From assembly GCA_944331935.1 (NCBI GenBank), contig CALVIV010000003.1, positions 1 to 58,968 of the forward strand: a stretch of DNA of 58,968 nt. Direction: 5' to 3'. A program made the position numbers and the translations under genes. Below, one piece after another: positions 19,306-28,581 of the stretch (position 1 is the first letter of the stretch; every line of letters begins with the position of its first letter). This DNA comes from an uncultured Bacilli bacterium. GTDB lineage: Bacteria; Bacillota_I; Bacilli_A; RF39; UBA660. The notes below the pieces were generated by a model. It ran no database searches and had not been told where the DNA came from. It saw nothing but the letters and a program-made list of their open reading frames with translations.

Positions 19306-19728
19306 TTTTATTATTTTATATATGGATATGTTATGTTTATAGCAAATCGTATATAATGTAAGTGTTGTTATTAAATATTGTCCGGTTTCATAATTACTAT
19401 AAGTCGTTTGAGAAATCATACATTCATCAGAAAGTTGTTGTTGAGTCATTTTAAGATTAGTCCTTAGTATCCTTAAATTCTTACCAATGTTCTTTTTATC
19501 TATTTTATCTATTTTTTGAAAATTATTTTCATTAGATAAACCTAAGATATAATCAATGGAATATTTATATAAGTTTGAAAAATTAACTAATTTTGTCAGT
19601 GGCATTGAATCATAGTTGTTTTCCCAACCTGTAACTGTTTTTCTTGAAACACCTAATACTTTTCCTAATTCCTCTTGAGTAATTTCAAGTTCCTCTCTAC
19701 AACTTTTTAAATTATTATTTATTAACAT
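19303..19728 (-). CDS. XRE-family transcriptional regulator with two tandem HTH domains
   Basis: Seen: there are two HTH_3-like units (ITQEELGKVLGVSRKTVTGWEN and MTQQQLSDECMISQTTYSNYETG). I prefer the internal ATG at 19728 (GGTGAT RBS) over 19755. Confidence 0.7.
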   Translation of the reverse strand: MLINNNLKSCREELEITQEELGKVLGVSRKTVTGWENNYDSMPLTKLVNFSNLYKYSIDYILGLSNENNFQKIDKIDKKNIGKNLRILRTNLKMTQQQLSDECMISQTTYSNYETGQYLITTLTLYTICYKHNISIYKIIK

Positions 19729-19866
19729 TGTTATCACCAATATTAATTTTCCCATTTAATTGTGGCGTATTGCTAAAATGCTGGGTTATTTGGTAAAATG
19801 ATGATATAATAATAATATCAAGCTAAAATAGACAATATTTTACGATTAGAAAGAAGGTGAATATTT

Positions 19867-20163
19867 ATGTATATTACTTTTGAAAATGCTGCCATAAGTT
19901 TTCTTAAAGCTGCTTTTGTGACGACTTTAGCTGTGATACAATTTCTCTTAACTTTACAATTTTATAAACTTGGATGTTCATATTGTGATTTTATGAATAT
20001 ACCTTATGATTTTGCTTTAACTGTTATGAGTCCTGGTTTTGCTATAGAAGTTGCAATCGTTTTAAGCGTTATAGAAATTAGTGTTGTTATTTGGTTATTC
20101 AATAAATTAAAACGATTTAAGTTAATTAAGCTTATGTCAGATAGTTTTTCTTCCATTTTTTAA
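19867..20163 (+). CDS. small hydrophobic membrane protein
   Basis: Seen: an AAGGTGA RBS precedes a 98-aa product with 2-3 hydrophobic segments. I recognise no motif. Confidence 0.4.
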   Translation: MYITFENAAISFLKAAFVTTLAVIQFLLTLQFYKLGCSYCDFMNIPYDFALTVMSPGFAIEVAIVLSVIEISVVIWLFNKLKRFKLIKLMSDSFSSIF

Positions 20164-20227
20164 CAGTTGCAATACTAATCTAATGGCTATATAATATTTT
20201 TTAATTGATATATTTAAGGTGATATTA

Positions 20228-20605
20228 ATGAATAATTTGCTAAAGATTCTTAACGATAAGAAAATCGAAAAAAAATATTTATATAATAGTAACGAATCTA
20301 TGCCTTCAAATGATTTAAATGATTTACTAGACTTGTTTATTGATGAAAATGATATTTCTATGAAAATATTATATAAGAACAACAGAATAATAAATGAATT
20401 TACATTTTATGTTTATTGCTGTGTTTATGATAACAATTATGATGTTTTTATAAACTTAACGGATAATGAATATCTATATTCTAACATTCTTAGAAAACAT
20501 TTTAGTGATCATAATAAAGCATTGGAATATTATCATTTTCTAGAGAATAGTATTAAAGATAATGATTTGTCAAAAATTTCTGAAAAACTTATAAGATGTT
20601 TTTAA
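20228..20605 (+). CDS. hypothetical protein
   Basis: Seen: I prefer the ATG at 20228, after an AAGGTGAT RBS, over the GTG at 20219. I recognise no motif. Confidence 0.4.
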   Translation: MNNLLKILNDKKIEKKYLYNSNESMPSNDLNDLLDLFIDENDISMKILYKNNRIINEFTFYVYCCVYDNNYDVFINLTDNEYLYSNILRKHFSDHNKALEYYHFLENSIKDNDLSKISEKLIRCF

Positions 20606-20719
20606 TAGAAAAATGTACTTTTTTTAAATCGATATGTATGATATACTTTTATTGTAGTGTTGAAGATTACTGATAAGTATAATTATTTAATAATAGATGG
20701 TAGTATTAGTCTATTTGAG

Positions 20720-20749
20720 ATTGGTACTACTTTTTTTGTTAGTACCAAT
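20720..20749. repeat. perfect 10-bp inverted repeat ATTGGTACTA-N10-TAGTACCAAT (operator or hairpin)
   Basis: Seen: it sits just upstream of the AAGGAGG RBS of the small HTH gene. Confidence 0.6.
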
Positions 20750-20826
20750 GATTAGAAGGAGGTACTAGCACGAAAAGAATAATTAAAAATGAATATGGTA
20801 GTATAGGTATTAATCTTAAGAAGTTA

Positions 20827-21033
20827 ATGGATGATAAAATGATAACAATCAATGAGATGAGTAGATTTGCAAAGGTTAGATATGAAACTGTCAGAAAATA
20901 TTATAACAATGATTGTTACTGGTATGATGGAGTAACACTTGCTAAATTTTGTTATGTTTTAGAATGTGATATTAATCAGTTGTTAATCTATGAACCATCT
21001 CAAACACTACAAAACTCAAAAATTCATGGTTAA
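20827..21033 (+). CDS. small XRE/HTH transcriptional regulator (true start may lie upstream, see findings)
   Basis: Seen: MITINEMSRFAKVRYETVRKYYN forms the HTH core. The same frame is open back to 20752 and encodes ...GINLKKLMDD, which looks like part of the domain. Confidence 0.6.
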   Translation: MDDKMITINEMSRFAKVRYETVRKYYNNDCYWYDGVTLAKFCYVLECDINQLLIYEPSQTLQNSKIHG

Positions 21034-21047
21034 TTATACTTTTCAGT

Positions 21048-21094
21048 ATGCCGGTTTTTACTAAAATTTAGTAATAATCGGCATTATTTTTTTT
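21048..21094 (+). terminator. rho-independent terminator (nested hairpin)
   Basis: Seen: the outer stem ATGCCG...CGGCAT encloses the inner stem TACTAAA/TTTAGTA and is followed by a T-run. Confidence 0.65.
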
Positions 21095-21487
21095 GACTTA
21101 AAATGAAAAAAGCCTTTAAATACAAGAATGAATTGGAAAAAAAGAGAAAAAAATGGGAAAAAAAGCATAGATAATTTTGGGTATTGAAAATATATTGATA
21201 GGCGTTATAATGATTATAATAGCAGTAGCTATACAGAAAGGAGCAAGGAAAAGATATACAAGACTTATTACATAAATTTGTAATTGCATTTGTAAATACT
21301 AAATGCTATCATAGTCAGCAATATATTTATTTTTGGGATGTGATGGTATGTGGTATTTGACTAAGTGGTTGGATTTAAAAGTCTGTATTAAAAGTATATC
21401 CTTTTCTTCCCAAAATATTTGTCTTTTAAAAGAGTAAATTGCATTATGTGCTTTTTGCTCTTTTTTTGTATGGAAGGAGGAATTAAA

Positions 21488-21946
21488 TTGAAAAACAATG
21501 ATTATTTAAAACAGTATATTGTTGAACAATTTGATTATATAAGTTATAAAAAACTGGTAGAGATTTTTATTAACTTGATTGAGACATTACAAATAACTAT
21601 TGGTGATTATGAAACTGGAATTAGTATAACACCAAATTATGAACTTAATTATAGTAGTTATTCTGGTAAACTACCAAATTCCAAAATAGAGTCTTTTATA
21701 ATAAGAGACTATAATAATGAATGCAAAGCTAAAGCGTGTATAAAAAAATTTACAATTGCTTTTAATAAATTAAATGATATGGAAAAGAAAATATTTTATA
21801 ATACCTTTATTGACAAGAGTAAAGATGAGTTTATTATTTCAAAATTCAATTTATGTAGCAAAGAGCTAAATAAAATAAGAAAAAGTGCAGTGATTAAATT
21901 CTCATTATATTTAGGGTTCGATAAAATTATTAATCAAGTTTTTTAA
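21488..21946 (+). CDS. ArpU / sigma-70 region-4-like transcriptional regulator of the mobile element
   Basis: Seen: I prefer the TTG start at 21488, after a GGAAGGAGG RBS. The C-terminus LNDMEKKIFYNTFIDKSKDEFIISKFNLCSKELNKIRKSAVIKFSLYLG resembles a region-4 HTH. The family assignment is from memory only. Confidence 0.45.
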   Translation: MKNNDYLKQYIVEQFDYISYKKLVEIFINLIETLQITIGDYETGISITPNYELNYSSYSGKLPNSKIESFIIRDYNNECKAKACIKKFTIAFNKLNDMEKKIFYNTFIDKSKDEFIISKFNLCSKELNKIRKSAVIKFSLYLGFDKIINQVF

Positions 21947-21973
21947 TAGATTGAAAAATGGAGGAGGATAAAG

Positions 21974-22174
21974 ATGATATTAAAAAATTTAAAAAGATAT
22001 TTGATTACGTATGTAAGCGATAATCAAAAACAAGAAATTGTGCTATATGGACATAGTGAAAAAGAGGTAATTGCAAATGTAATTACTTTTTTTATTTCTG
22101 TAGGAAAGAATATTGAATGTGATTCGGTTAGTGCAAAGGAGATTAATGATGAAAATGAGGATGAAAGTAACTAG
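21974..22174 (+). CDS. hypothetical small protein
   Basis: Seen: a GGAGGAGGA RBS precedes a 66-aa product. Confidence 0.4.
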   Translation: MILKNLKRYLITYVSDNQKQEIVLYGHSEKEVIANVITFFISVGKNIECDSVSAKEINDENEDESN

Positions 22175-22225
22175 GGAAGAATTTATTAAAACAATGTTAA
22201 AACTTTTAGGAAAGGATAAAAAATA

Positions 22226-22495
22226 ATGAAGTATGATTATGTAAAATTAAAAAATAAAATTGATAAATGTAAAAATTATAAATTTGATTCACTTGATAAT
22301 TTTAATATTACAAATTTTGAAACCATAAAAATAAGTAAAAAGAAATCAAGTAGCGAAAGGATTCTTGATTTTTTAAATAAAGTTGAGAATCCTTATTTAT
22401 TTAAAGTAAAGAATAGAGTTGTATTAATATCATTTTCAGATTCTGGGATTAAAGCTGATGATTGTTTAATTAATGTTATAAAGAAAATGCAGTGA
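22226..22495 (+). CDS. small conserved protein preceding the serine recombinases
   Basis: Seen: 89 aa containing ...ILDFLNKVENPYLFKVKNRVVLISFSDSG... Inferred: it resembles small proteins I recall upstream of recombinases in clostridial ICEs, but this is not verified. Confidence 0.4.
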   Translation: MKYDYVKLKNKIDKCKNYKFDSLDNFNITNFETIKISKKKSSSERILDFLNKVENPYLFKVKNRVVLISFSDSGIKADDCLINVIKKMQ

Positions 22496-22587
22496 TATTT
22501 GTCAAGTTTGTGAATTATCTTTTTGTATCATGGAAACTTAATTTAAATAGAAATAAAATGTTGCATGAAGTGGTGGTGAAGTGGTTT

Positions 22588-24255
22588 ATGGCAGGCAGAA
22601 ATAGAAAAAAAGAAAGTTTATTAAGTTCAAATATAATTTGGAAAGCAGCTATATATACTAGACGTTCTTTTGATGATATGGATGAAACAGAATCTGATAC
22701 AATATCTAATCAAAAAGATTTGGTTGCATCATTTCTTTCGTTAGATAATAATATACAAATTGTAGATTTCTATACTGATGATGGTTATTCTGGAACATCG
22801 TTTAATAGACCTGGCTTTAAAAAGATGTTGAATGATATTATAAATGGGAATATTAATTTAATTGCAGTCAAGGATTTATCGAGGTTAGGCAGAAATTATA
22901 TAGAAGTTGGTAAATATATTGAAAATATTTTTCCACTGTATAATGTTAGAATTATTTCAATAAATGATAATATAGATTCTTACAAAGATCCATCATCTAT
23001 AAATAGTATTGTAGTTCCAATTAAGAATTTAATTAATGATGAATATGCAAAGGATATTTCTAAAAAAGTGAGAACAGCCTATCAAACTATGGCTAGAAGT
23101 GGAAAATTTGCTTCTGGGACAACTCCTTATGGTTATATGTTAGATCCTGATGATAAACATAAGTTAATCATTAATCCAGAAGAGGAAAAAAATGTACTTC
23201 TTATTTTTAATATGGCAAAAGAGGGTGCAGGAAGGATTAAAATATGTAAATATTTAAATAGTAATTTTATATTATGCCGTAAAGAGTTACAAAGAAGAAA
23301 AAAAAGAAATATTGATTGTGATGATAGAACTATTGAAAGAAAATATAAATGGACTACGACAACTATTGGAAGAATGTTAGAAAATGAGGTTTATATTGGA
23401 AATTTGGTACAAAATAAAACTTCTTCAATAAGTTATAAAAACCATAAATTAGTATCAAACCCAAAAGATAAATGGATAAAGGTAGAAAATACGCATCCAG
23501 CTATTATAACCAAAGAGTTTTTTGATGAAGTACAAAAAGGTATTGGTGAACGAAGGGGAAAAAAAGGTAAAACAAGAAAATATTCTATATATAGTGGGAT
23601 TTTAAAGTGTGGCGATTGTAAAAGAGCTATGACCAAACAATCAGATACTAGAGGGAATAGAAAAGCTGAAAATTTTTATTGTTCTTCATTTTTAAGAACA
23701 GATACCGATTGTTCTTCTCATAAAATAAGTTCATCTTCATTAAATAGCATTGTTTTAAAAACTATTAATTTACAAGTGGACTTAGTGTTGGAGTTGGATA
23801 AAAAAATGAAAAAAATTCAAACTTACGAATCAAAAAAGGAATTATCGTGTGAATATAGTTATTCTAAAAATAAATGTTTAAGAGATTTAGAAAAATTTAA
23901 ATCTCAAAAAAGAGATGCTTATATAGAATGGAAACTTGATAAGATTAATAAGGATAAATATACAATTTTAACAGAAAAGTATAATGCTCAAATTTTACGA
24001 ATAAATGATGAATTACAACGAATCAATCAAAACTACCAAATCAATTTAAAAAAGCTAGATCAACAGGATTATTGGGTTGAACATTTTAGCAAATACAAAA
24101 AAATTAAAAAGGTCACAAGAAATATATTAGTAGAGTTAATAGATAGTATTTATGTTTATGAAAATGGTAGTATACATATAAAGTTTAAATATGAAGATGA
24201 ATATGAAGAAGCTTTAAAATTTTTAGAAGAATGTAAGGAGGATGAAAATGACTAA
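22588..24255 (+). CDS. large serine recombinase (resolvase/invertase catalytic domain + recombinase domain + zinc ribbon)
   Basis: Seen: AAIYTRRSFDD...SNQKD carries the catalytic Ser. VKDLSRLGRN and the zinc ribbon CGDCKRAM...FYCSS are present, followed by a coiled-coil tail. I prefer the ATG at 22588 over 22492. Confidence 0.85.
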   Translation: MAGRNRKKESLLSSNIIWKAAIYTRRSFDDMDETESDTISNQKDLVASFLSLDNNIQIVDFYTDDGYSGTSFNRPGFKKMLNDIINGNINLIAVKDLSRLGRNYIEVGKYIENIFPLYNVRIISINDNIDSYKDPSSINSIVVPIKNLINDEYAKDISKKVRTAYQTMARSGKFASGTTPYGYMLDPDDKHKLIINPEEEKNVLLIFNMAKEGAGRIKICKYLNSNFILCRKELQRRKKRNIDCDDRTIERKYKWTTTTIGRMLENEVYIGNLVQNKTSSISYKNHKLVSNPKDKWIKVENTHPAIITKEFFDEVQKGIGERRGKKGKTRKYSIYSGILKCGDCKRAMTKQSDTRGNRKAENFYCSSFLRTDTDCSSHKISSSSLNSIVLKTINLQVDLVLELDKKMKKIQTYESKKELSCEYSYSKNKCLRDLEKFKSQKRDAYIEWKLDKINKDKYTILTEKYNAQILRINDELQRINQNYQINLKKLDQQDYWVEHFSKYKKIKKVTRNILVELIDSIYVYENGSIHIKFKYEDEYEEALKFLEECKEDEND

Positions 24256-25819
24256 ATGGATTGTTGGAGGATACTTACGATTATCTAATGATGACAACCT
24301 ACTAGAGGAATCTAATAGTATAGTTAATCAAAGGGATATACTTAACCAATTTTTAAAAAATCAGTCTGATATGAAATTATATAAATTTTACGTTGATGAC
24401 GGATATACTGGTACTGATTTTAATAGACCTGGATTTCAAGAATTAATGGCTGACATAAAAGATGCTAAAATAAATTCAGTTATTGTCAAAGATTTATCTA
24501 GAATAGGTAGAAATTATATAGAAGTAGGAAATTTTGTCGAAGAAATTGTTCCTCTTTATAAATTAAGGTTTATATCTATTAATGATAACGTTGATTCGGT
24601 TTTAAATCCACAATCTTTAACCTCTTTAGAAATACCATTTAAGAATTTAATTAACGAAGCTTACGCAAAGGATATTTCTAAAAAAGTTAGAAGTGCTTTG
24701 AGGATAAGAAAACAAAAAGGTGATTTTATAGGAGTTGTTGCTCCGTATGGATATATTAAAAATCCATATGATAAACATAAAATTATTGTCGATAAAGAAG
24801 CTAGTAATATTGTTAAAAAAATTTTTAATTTAGCTTTGAGTGGAAAAAGTAGACAAGAAATAGTTGCATATTTAAACGATTATCACATTTTAACACCAAG
24901 TTCATACATGAAAATACGAAATAATTTTAAGGGTGGTAATGTTAGTAAAATATGGTCGGTTAAAATGGTAGATAAAATTCTTAATAATAAAACGTATATT
25001 GGTTATTTGGTTCAAGGAAAAAATACTAGAATTAGTCATAAAATTCATAATTGTGTTTCCGTTAGTGAAAAGGATTGGATTATAATAAAAAATCACCATG
25101 AAGCAATTATAGAGGAAAAGATATTTAATCAAGTACAAAATGTATTATATGGTAGAAACAATATGGTAAACAGTCAAGGTAAATATAATATATTTACTGG
25201 TCATTTAAAATGTTATGATTGTGGCAGTAATCTTTATAGATCTACTAAAAGTAATGGTAAGCATGCTTTTTATTATTGTGGAACATATAAAAGAAAAAAA
25301 GGGTGTTCTAAACATTATATAACTGAAGATGATTTAATTGAATTGGTCTTATCAGTTTTAAATAAGTATATTAATATTTTGTGTGATATTGAATCAGATA
25401 TTAATAAAGTTGTATTTGATTCTAAATTATATTATAATCTCGAAGTACAGAAGATAAGAAATGCTGAAATATCAGAAGAAATTAAAAAGTATGAAATGCT
25501 AATGGATGAATTACTGAAAGATTTTAAAAATAAAGAGATTAATAAGGATGAGTTTGATGACTATAGTCAAGAATATTTATATGTTTTAAACTCTTATAGA
25601 ATCGCACTTGAAGAAAACCAAAAGAGCGCAGTTTCTATAAATCTTGATTGGATAAATCAATTTAAAAAAATTAAAAATATTGATATACTTAGTAAATCAA
25701 TTGTTGATGAATTTATAGAAAATATATTCATACGCGAGGATGGTAGTATTAATATTGTTTTTAAATATAATAACGAGTATGAGGATGCTTTAAAGTTTCT
25801 TAAATTAAATAATGTATGA
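24242..25819 (+). CDS. large serine recombinase, second tandem copy
   Basis: Seen: GGYLRLSNDD...VNQRD, VKDLSRIGRN and CYDCGSNLY...YYCGTYKRKKGC are present. The gene overlaps the upstream recombinase by 14 nt. Confidence 0.85.
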   Translation: MKMTKWIVGGYLRLSNDDNLLEESNSIVNQRDILNQFLKNQSDMKLYKFYVDDGYTGTDFNRPGFQELMADIKDAKINSVIVKDLSRIGRNYIEVGNFVEEIVPLYKLRFISINDNVDSVLNPQSLTSLEIPFKNLINEAYAKDISKKVRSALRIRKQKGDFIGVVAPYGYIKNPYDKHKIIVDKEASNIVKKIFNLALSGKSRQEIVAYLNDYHILTPSSYMKIRNNFKGGNVSKIWSVKMVDKILNNKTYIGYLVQGKNTRISHKIHNCVSVSEKDWIIIKNHHEAIIEEKIFNQVQNVLYGRNNMVNSQGKYNIFTGHLKCYDCGSNLYRSTKSNGKHAFYYCGTYKRKKGCSKHYITEDDLIELVLSVLNKYINILCDIESDINKVVFDSKLYYNLEVQKIRNAEISEEIKKYEMLMDELLKDFKNKEINKDEFDDYSQEYLYVLNSYRIALEENQKSAVSINLDWINQFKKIKNIDILSKSIVDEFIENIFIREDGSINIVFKYNNEYEDALKFLKLNNV

Positions 25820-25892
25820 TATAATATTGATGTTTATATATTAATTTTTTATACACTAAAAAAAGTATATATTGTGAAAGAAGGCAAAAAAA

Positions 25893-26768
25893 ATGAATAA
25901 AAAAAAGTTCGACAATTCCCCAATCAACTGGTATCCAGGCCATATGGCTAAAACTAAAAGAGAAATAAGAGAAAAGATTAATCTAATCGATATAATCTAT
26001 GAAGTAATAGATGCAAGAATGCCTATCTCATCTAAGATTAAAGATATTGATGATTTAATTAAAGATAAGCCTAGAATATTAATAATGACTAAGTATGATT
26101 TATGTGATAAAAAAGAAACTGATAAATTTATTAGTTATTATGAGAAATTAGGTTATAAAGTAGTACCAGTTGATCTTGCTAATAATAAGAATGTTAAAGA
26201 AGTCCTAAACTTGAGTGAAAGTGTTAGTAAAGAATTAAATGATAAAAGAAAATCTAAAGGTCTAAAACCTCGTAACTTAAGAGCCTTAATTATAGGTATA
26301 CCTAATGTTGGAAAGAGTACTTTAATTAATAGACTAGTAGGTAAAAAGGCTGCAGGAGTAGGGAATAAACCTGGTTTTACCAAGAGCCTATCTTGGATTA
26401 GAATTAATAAAGATATAGATTTATTAGACTCACCTGGTATTTTATGGCCTAAATTAGAAAATCAATACGAAGCGAGGATACTTGCTATATTTTCATCTAT
26501 TAAAGAAGAGATACTTAATAAAGAAGATCTAGCTTTGTTTGCTATAGATATCCTAACAAAACTATACAAAGATAAATTAGAAGACCGTTATAATATTAAA
26601 GTAGATAATATGACTAATATAGAGATTATGGAATCTATTGCTAAAAAAAGAGGCTGTGTTACTAAAGGTAATATTACTGATTATGAGAGAGTATCTAGTA
26701 TTATTTTAAATGATATTAAAAATAATGCTTTTAAAGAAATAACTTTAGATAGAATAGAAAAAGACTAG
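25893..26768 (+). CDS. rbgA: ribosome biogenesis GTPase A (YlqF)
   Basis: Seen: the motifs are circularly permuted (INWYPGHMAKTKREI, TKYDL, GIPNVGKSTLIN, DSPG). Confidence 0.9.
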   Translation: MNKKKFDNSPINWYPGHMAKTKREIREKINLIDIIYEVIDARMPISSKIKDIDDLIKDKPRILIMTKYDLCDKKETDKFISYYEKLGYKVVPVDLANNKNVKEVLNLSESVSKELNDKRKSKGLKPRNLRALIIGIPNVGKSTLINRLVGKKAAGVGNKPGFTKSLSWIRINKDIDLLDSPGILWPKLENQYEARILAIFSSIKEEILNKEDLALFAIDILTKLYKDKLEDRYNIKVDNMTNIEIMESIAKKRGCVTKGNITDYERVSSIILNDIKNNAFKEITLDRIEKD

Positions 26769-26793
26769 AGTATGGAACCCTCTAGTCTTTTTG
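26758..26793 (+). terminator. rho-independent terminator of rbgA
   Basis: Seen: the 10-bp stem AAGACTAGAG/CTCTAGTCTT is followed by a T-run. Confidence 0.75.
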
Positions 26794-27091
26794 TGTGAGA
26801 TAAACTTTGAAAGGATTTTTGTTTATTATGATATCTTTAATAAAGGAGTAATAATTATAATAAAAAACACAAGAAATTAGGTTATCAAAATAGAAATATA
26901 TATACATGTACTTCATAATAAACTTTTCTCCTTTCGCTATCACTATAACAAATAGATTTAATCTTTGCAAAAAGTGAATTTTCAAAATCTGGAGCAAAAA
27001 CAGGTTGAAAATTGGTCAAAAATGGCCAAATTCACGAAAATTCACTCCAAAATTAGCTCGAATTTTCAAAATTCATACTTTTTAAAAAAAT

Positions 27092-27130
27092 ACAAAAAAA
27101 GAAATGTGCGTGTACACTATCCACATTTCT
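27092..27130 (-). terminator. rho-independent terminator of rpsT
   Basis: Seen: the 9-bp stem AGAAATGTG/CACATTTCT is followed, on the minus strand, by a U-run (an A-run on the plus strand). Confidence 0.75.
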
Positions 27131-27134
27131 TTTA

Positions 27135-27398
27135 TTATTCCATAGCATTAACTGCTTTAGTAAGTCTTGATTTTAATCTAGCAGCTTTATTCTTATGAAC
27201 TAATCCACTAGTACAAGCTTTATCAACTCTTTGTAATGCAATATTTAATTTATTAGCAGCTTCTTCTTTGTTTCCTGTGTTTACTGCTTTTTCGCAATTC
27301 TTAACAGCAGTTCTCATACTAGATCTAACTAAAGTATTAACATCTGCTTTTCTAGCATTACTACGTACTCTTTTCTTAGCACTTCTAATATTTGGCAT
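27135..27398 (-). CDS. rpsT: 30S ribosomal protein S20
   Basis: Seen: MPNIRSAKKRVRSNARK... in an 87-aa basic product. Confidence 0.95.
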   Translation of the reverse strand: MPNIRSAKKRVRSNARKADVNTLVRSSMRTAVKNCEKAVNTGNKEEAANKLNIALQRVDKACTSGLVHKNKAARLKSRLTKAVNAME

Positions 27399-27510
27399 GT
27401 TTTCACCTCACTTTTTGTAAACAATCTAATTTTACCAAATAATAGTATATTTTGCAAATATTTTTGTACTTTTTGTTAATAATATAAATAGAAAGAGGGT
27501 TGTGATTTAT

Positions 27511-28527
27511 ATGCATGAAGTGGATTTAAGTAAATATAGACTTAGAACAGACTTAATAGTAGAGCATCTTAGTAACTTTAAAGGTTATAAAAAAGAAGAG
27601 GAACAATATAAAGATATTAAAATAGAAACTATTACCTTAGATAAAGATAATGCTAAGCTTATCTCTAAAAAAGAAGGTATATATAAGACTATATATTTTG
27701 AAGATGTAACAGATGAAAATAACTTTAATAATTTATTACATGCTACTACTCTTGCTTTAAAAGACTTATTAAAGAGTATAAATATTAAAGATAATTATAG
27801 TGCTTTAATAGTTGGTCTTGGTAATAGAAAAGCAACTCCTGATGCTTTGGGACCTCTAACTATTGACTCTATCAAAATAACAAGACAAATAGTAGAGTTA
27901 GGACTACCCTTAGATTCTAAATATAGAGTAATATCTTCACTTGTCCCAGGTGTTATGGGAACAACAGGAATTGAGACTAAAGAAATAATAGAAGGAGTAA
28001 TAGAAAAAACGAAACCAGACTTTTTAATCGTAATCGATGCCCTTGCCGCATCTAGTCTTGAACGTATTAATAAAACTATTCAAATAACAGATACGGGTAT
28101 ACATCCAGGAAGTGGGCTTTTAAATAATCGCTTTGAAATCAGTAAGGAAACACTTGGACTTCCAGTAATTGCCATAGGTATACCAACAGTAGTAGATGCG
28201 ACGACTATAGTTAGTAACACTATAAATTATATCTTCAGACATTTCTCTTATGAAAAAGAAAATATTAATAATAATAAATTAAAACTAGTCCCTCAGTTTA
28301 GTAGAGATTATAAAAATCATGATAAGACCTTAGAAAGGCGCGAAAGAGAAGAAGTAATGGGCTTAATTGGTAATTTAGAAGAAGATGAGATTAAAACTTT
28401 AATTACCGAAGTACTAACACCTCTAGGTTATAATCTATTAGTAACACCTAAAGAAATAGACTTTGTTATTGAAAAGTTAAGCCTTCTTTTATCTAAAGCC
28501 TTAAATAAAAGCTTAGAATTAAACTAA
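27511..28527 (+). CDS. gpr: spore germination protease (GPR endopeptidase)
   Basis: Seen: MHEVDLSKYRLRTDLIVE..., VGLGNRKATPDALGP and IVIDALAA are present. Synteny rpsT / gpr / spoIIP matches Bacillus. I prefer the ATG at 27511. Confidence 0.9.
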   Translation: MHEVDLSKYRLRTDLIVEHLSNFKGYKKEEEQYKDIKIETITLDKDNAKLISKKEGIYKTIYFEDVTDENNFNNLLHATTLALKDLLKSINIKDNYSALIVGLGNRKATPDALGPLTIDSIKITRQIVELGLPLDSKYRVISSLVPGVMGTTGIETKEIIEGVIEKTKPDFLIVIDALAASSLERINKTIQITDTGIHPGSGLLNNRFEISKETLGLPVIAIGIPTVVDATTIVSNTINYIFRHFSYEKENINNNKLKLVPQFSRDYKNHDKTLERREREEVMGLIGNLEEDEIKTLITEVLTPLGYNLLVTPKEIDFVIEKLSLLLSKALNKSLELN

Positions 28528-28581
28528 TTCGACATAATTTTAATAACTCTTTTATTACTATGTAATAAAGGAGATTTTTTT

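Larger units (their letters stand above)
1..25892. mobile_element. integrated conjugative element, right-hand portion (left end outside window; right end between 25820 and 25892)
   Basis: Seen: ArdC, PrgI/TcpE, VirB4, a hydrolase, an SOS polymerase cassette, a defence island, regulators and terminal tandem serine recombinases are all present, then housekeeping rbgA. Inferred: the boundary is placed by gene content only, because no att repeat can be checked without the left end. Confidence 0.7.

Noticed and set aside
20137-20382. Minus-strand 81-aa ORF bridging two plus-strand genes.
   Set aside because: It overlaps both neighbours, its sequence is low-complexity, and it has no RBS. The plus-strand genes have better start contexts.
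21103-21174. Lys-rich 23-codon ORF (MKKAFKYKNELEKKRKKWEKKHR) in the 390-bp intergenic region of the ICE.
   Set aside because: There is no Shine-Dalgarno upstream, and the ORF lies in an A-rich tract where such ORFs arise by chance.
22492-22587. N-terminal extensions proposed by the ORF track, such as 22492 for the first recombinase. Other examples are 21419, 11314, 10578, 30052, 54076, 55545 and 41284.
   Set aside because: In each case the internal start has a proper RBS and matches where the homologous domain begins. The extensions are hydrophobic or low-complexity read-through from the previous stop.
27117-27125. DnaA-box-like CTATCCACA.
   Set aside because: This is a single 8/9 match that forms part of the rpsT terminator stem. 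There is no cluster of boxes and no AT-rich unwinding element, so it is not an origin.
26965-27198. Plus-strand 77-aa ORF overlapping the 3' end of rpsT and its terminator.
   Set aside because: It runs antisense through the rpsT terminator and coding end and has no RBS. I treat it as spurious.
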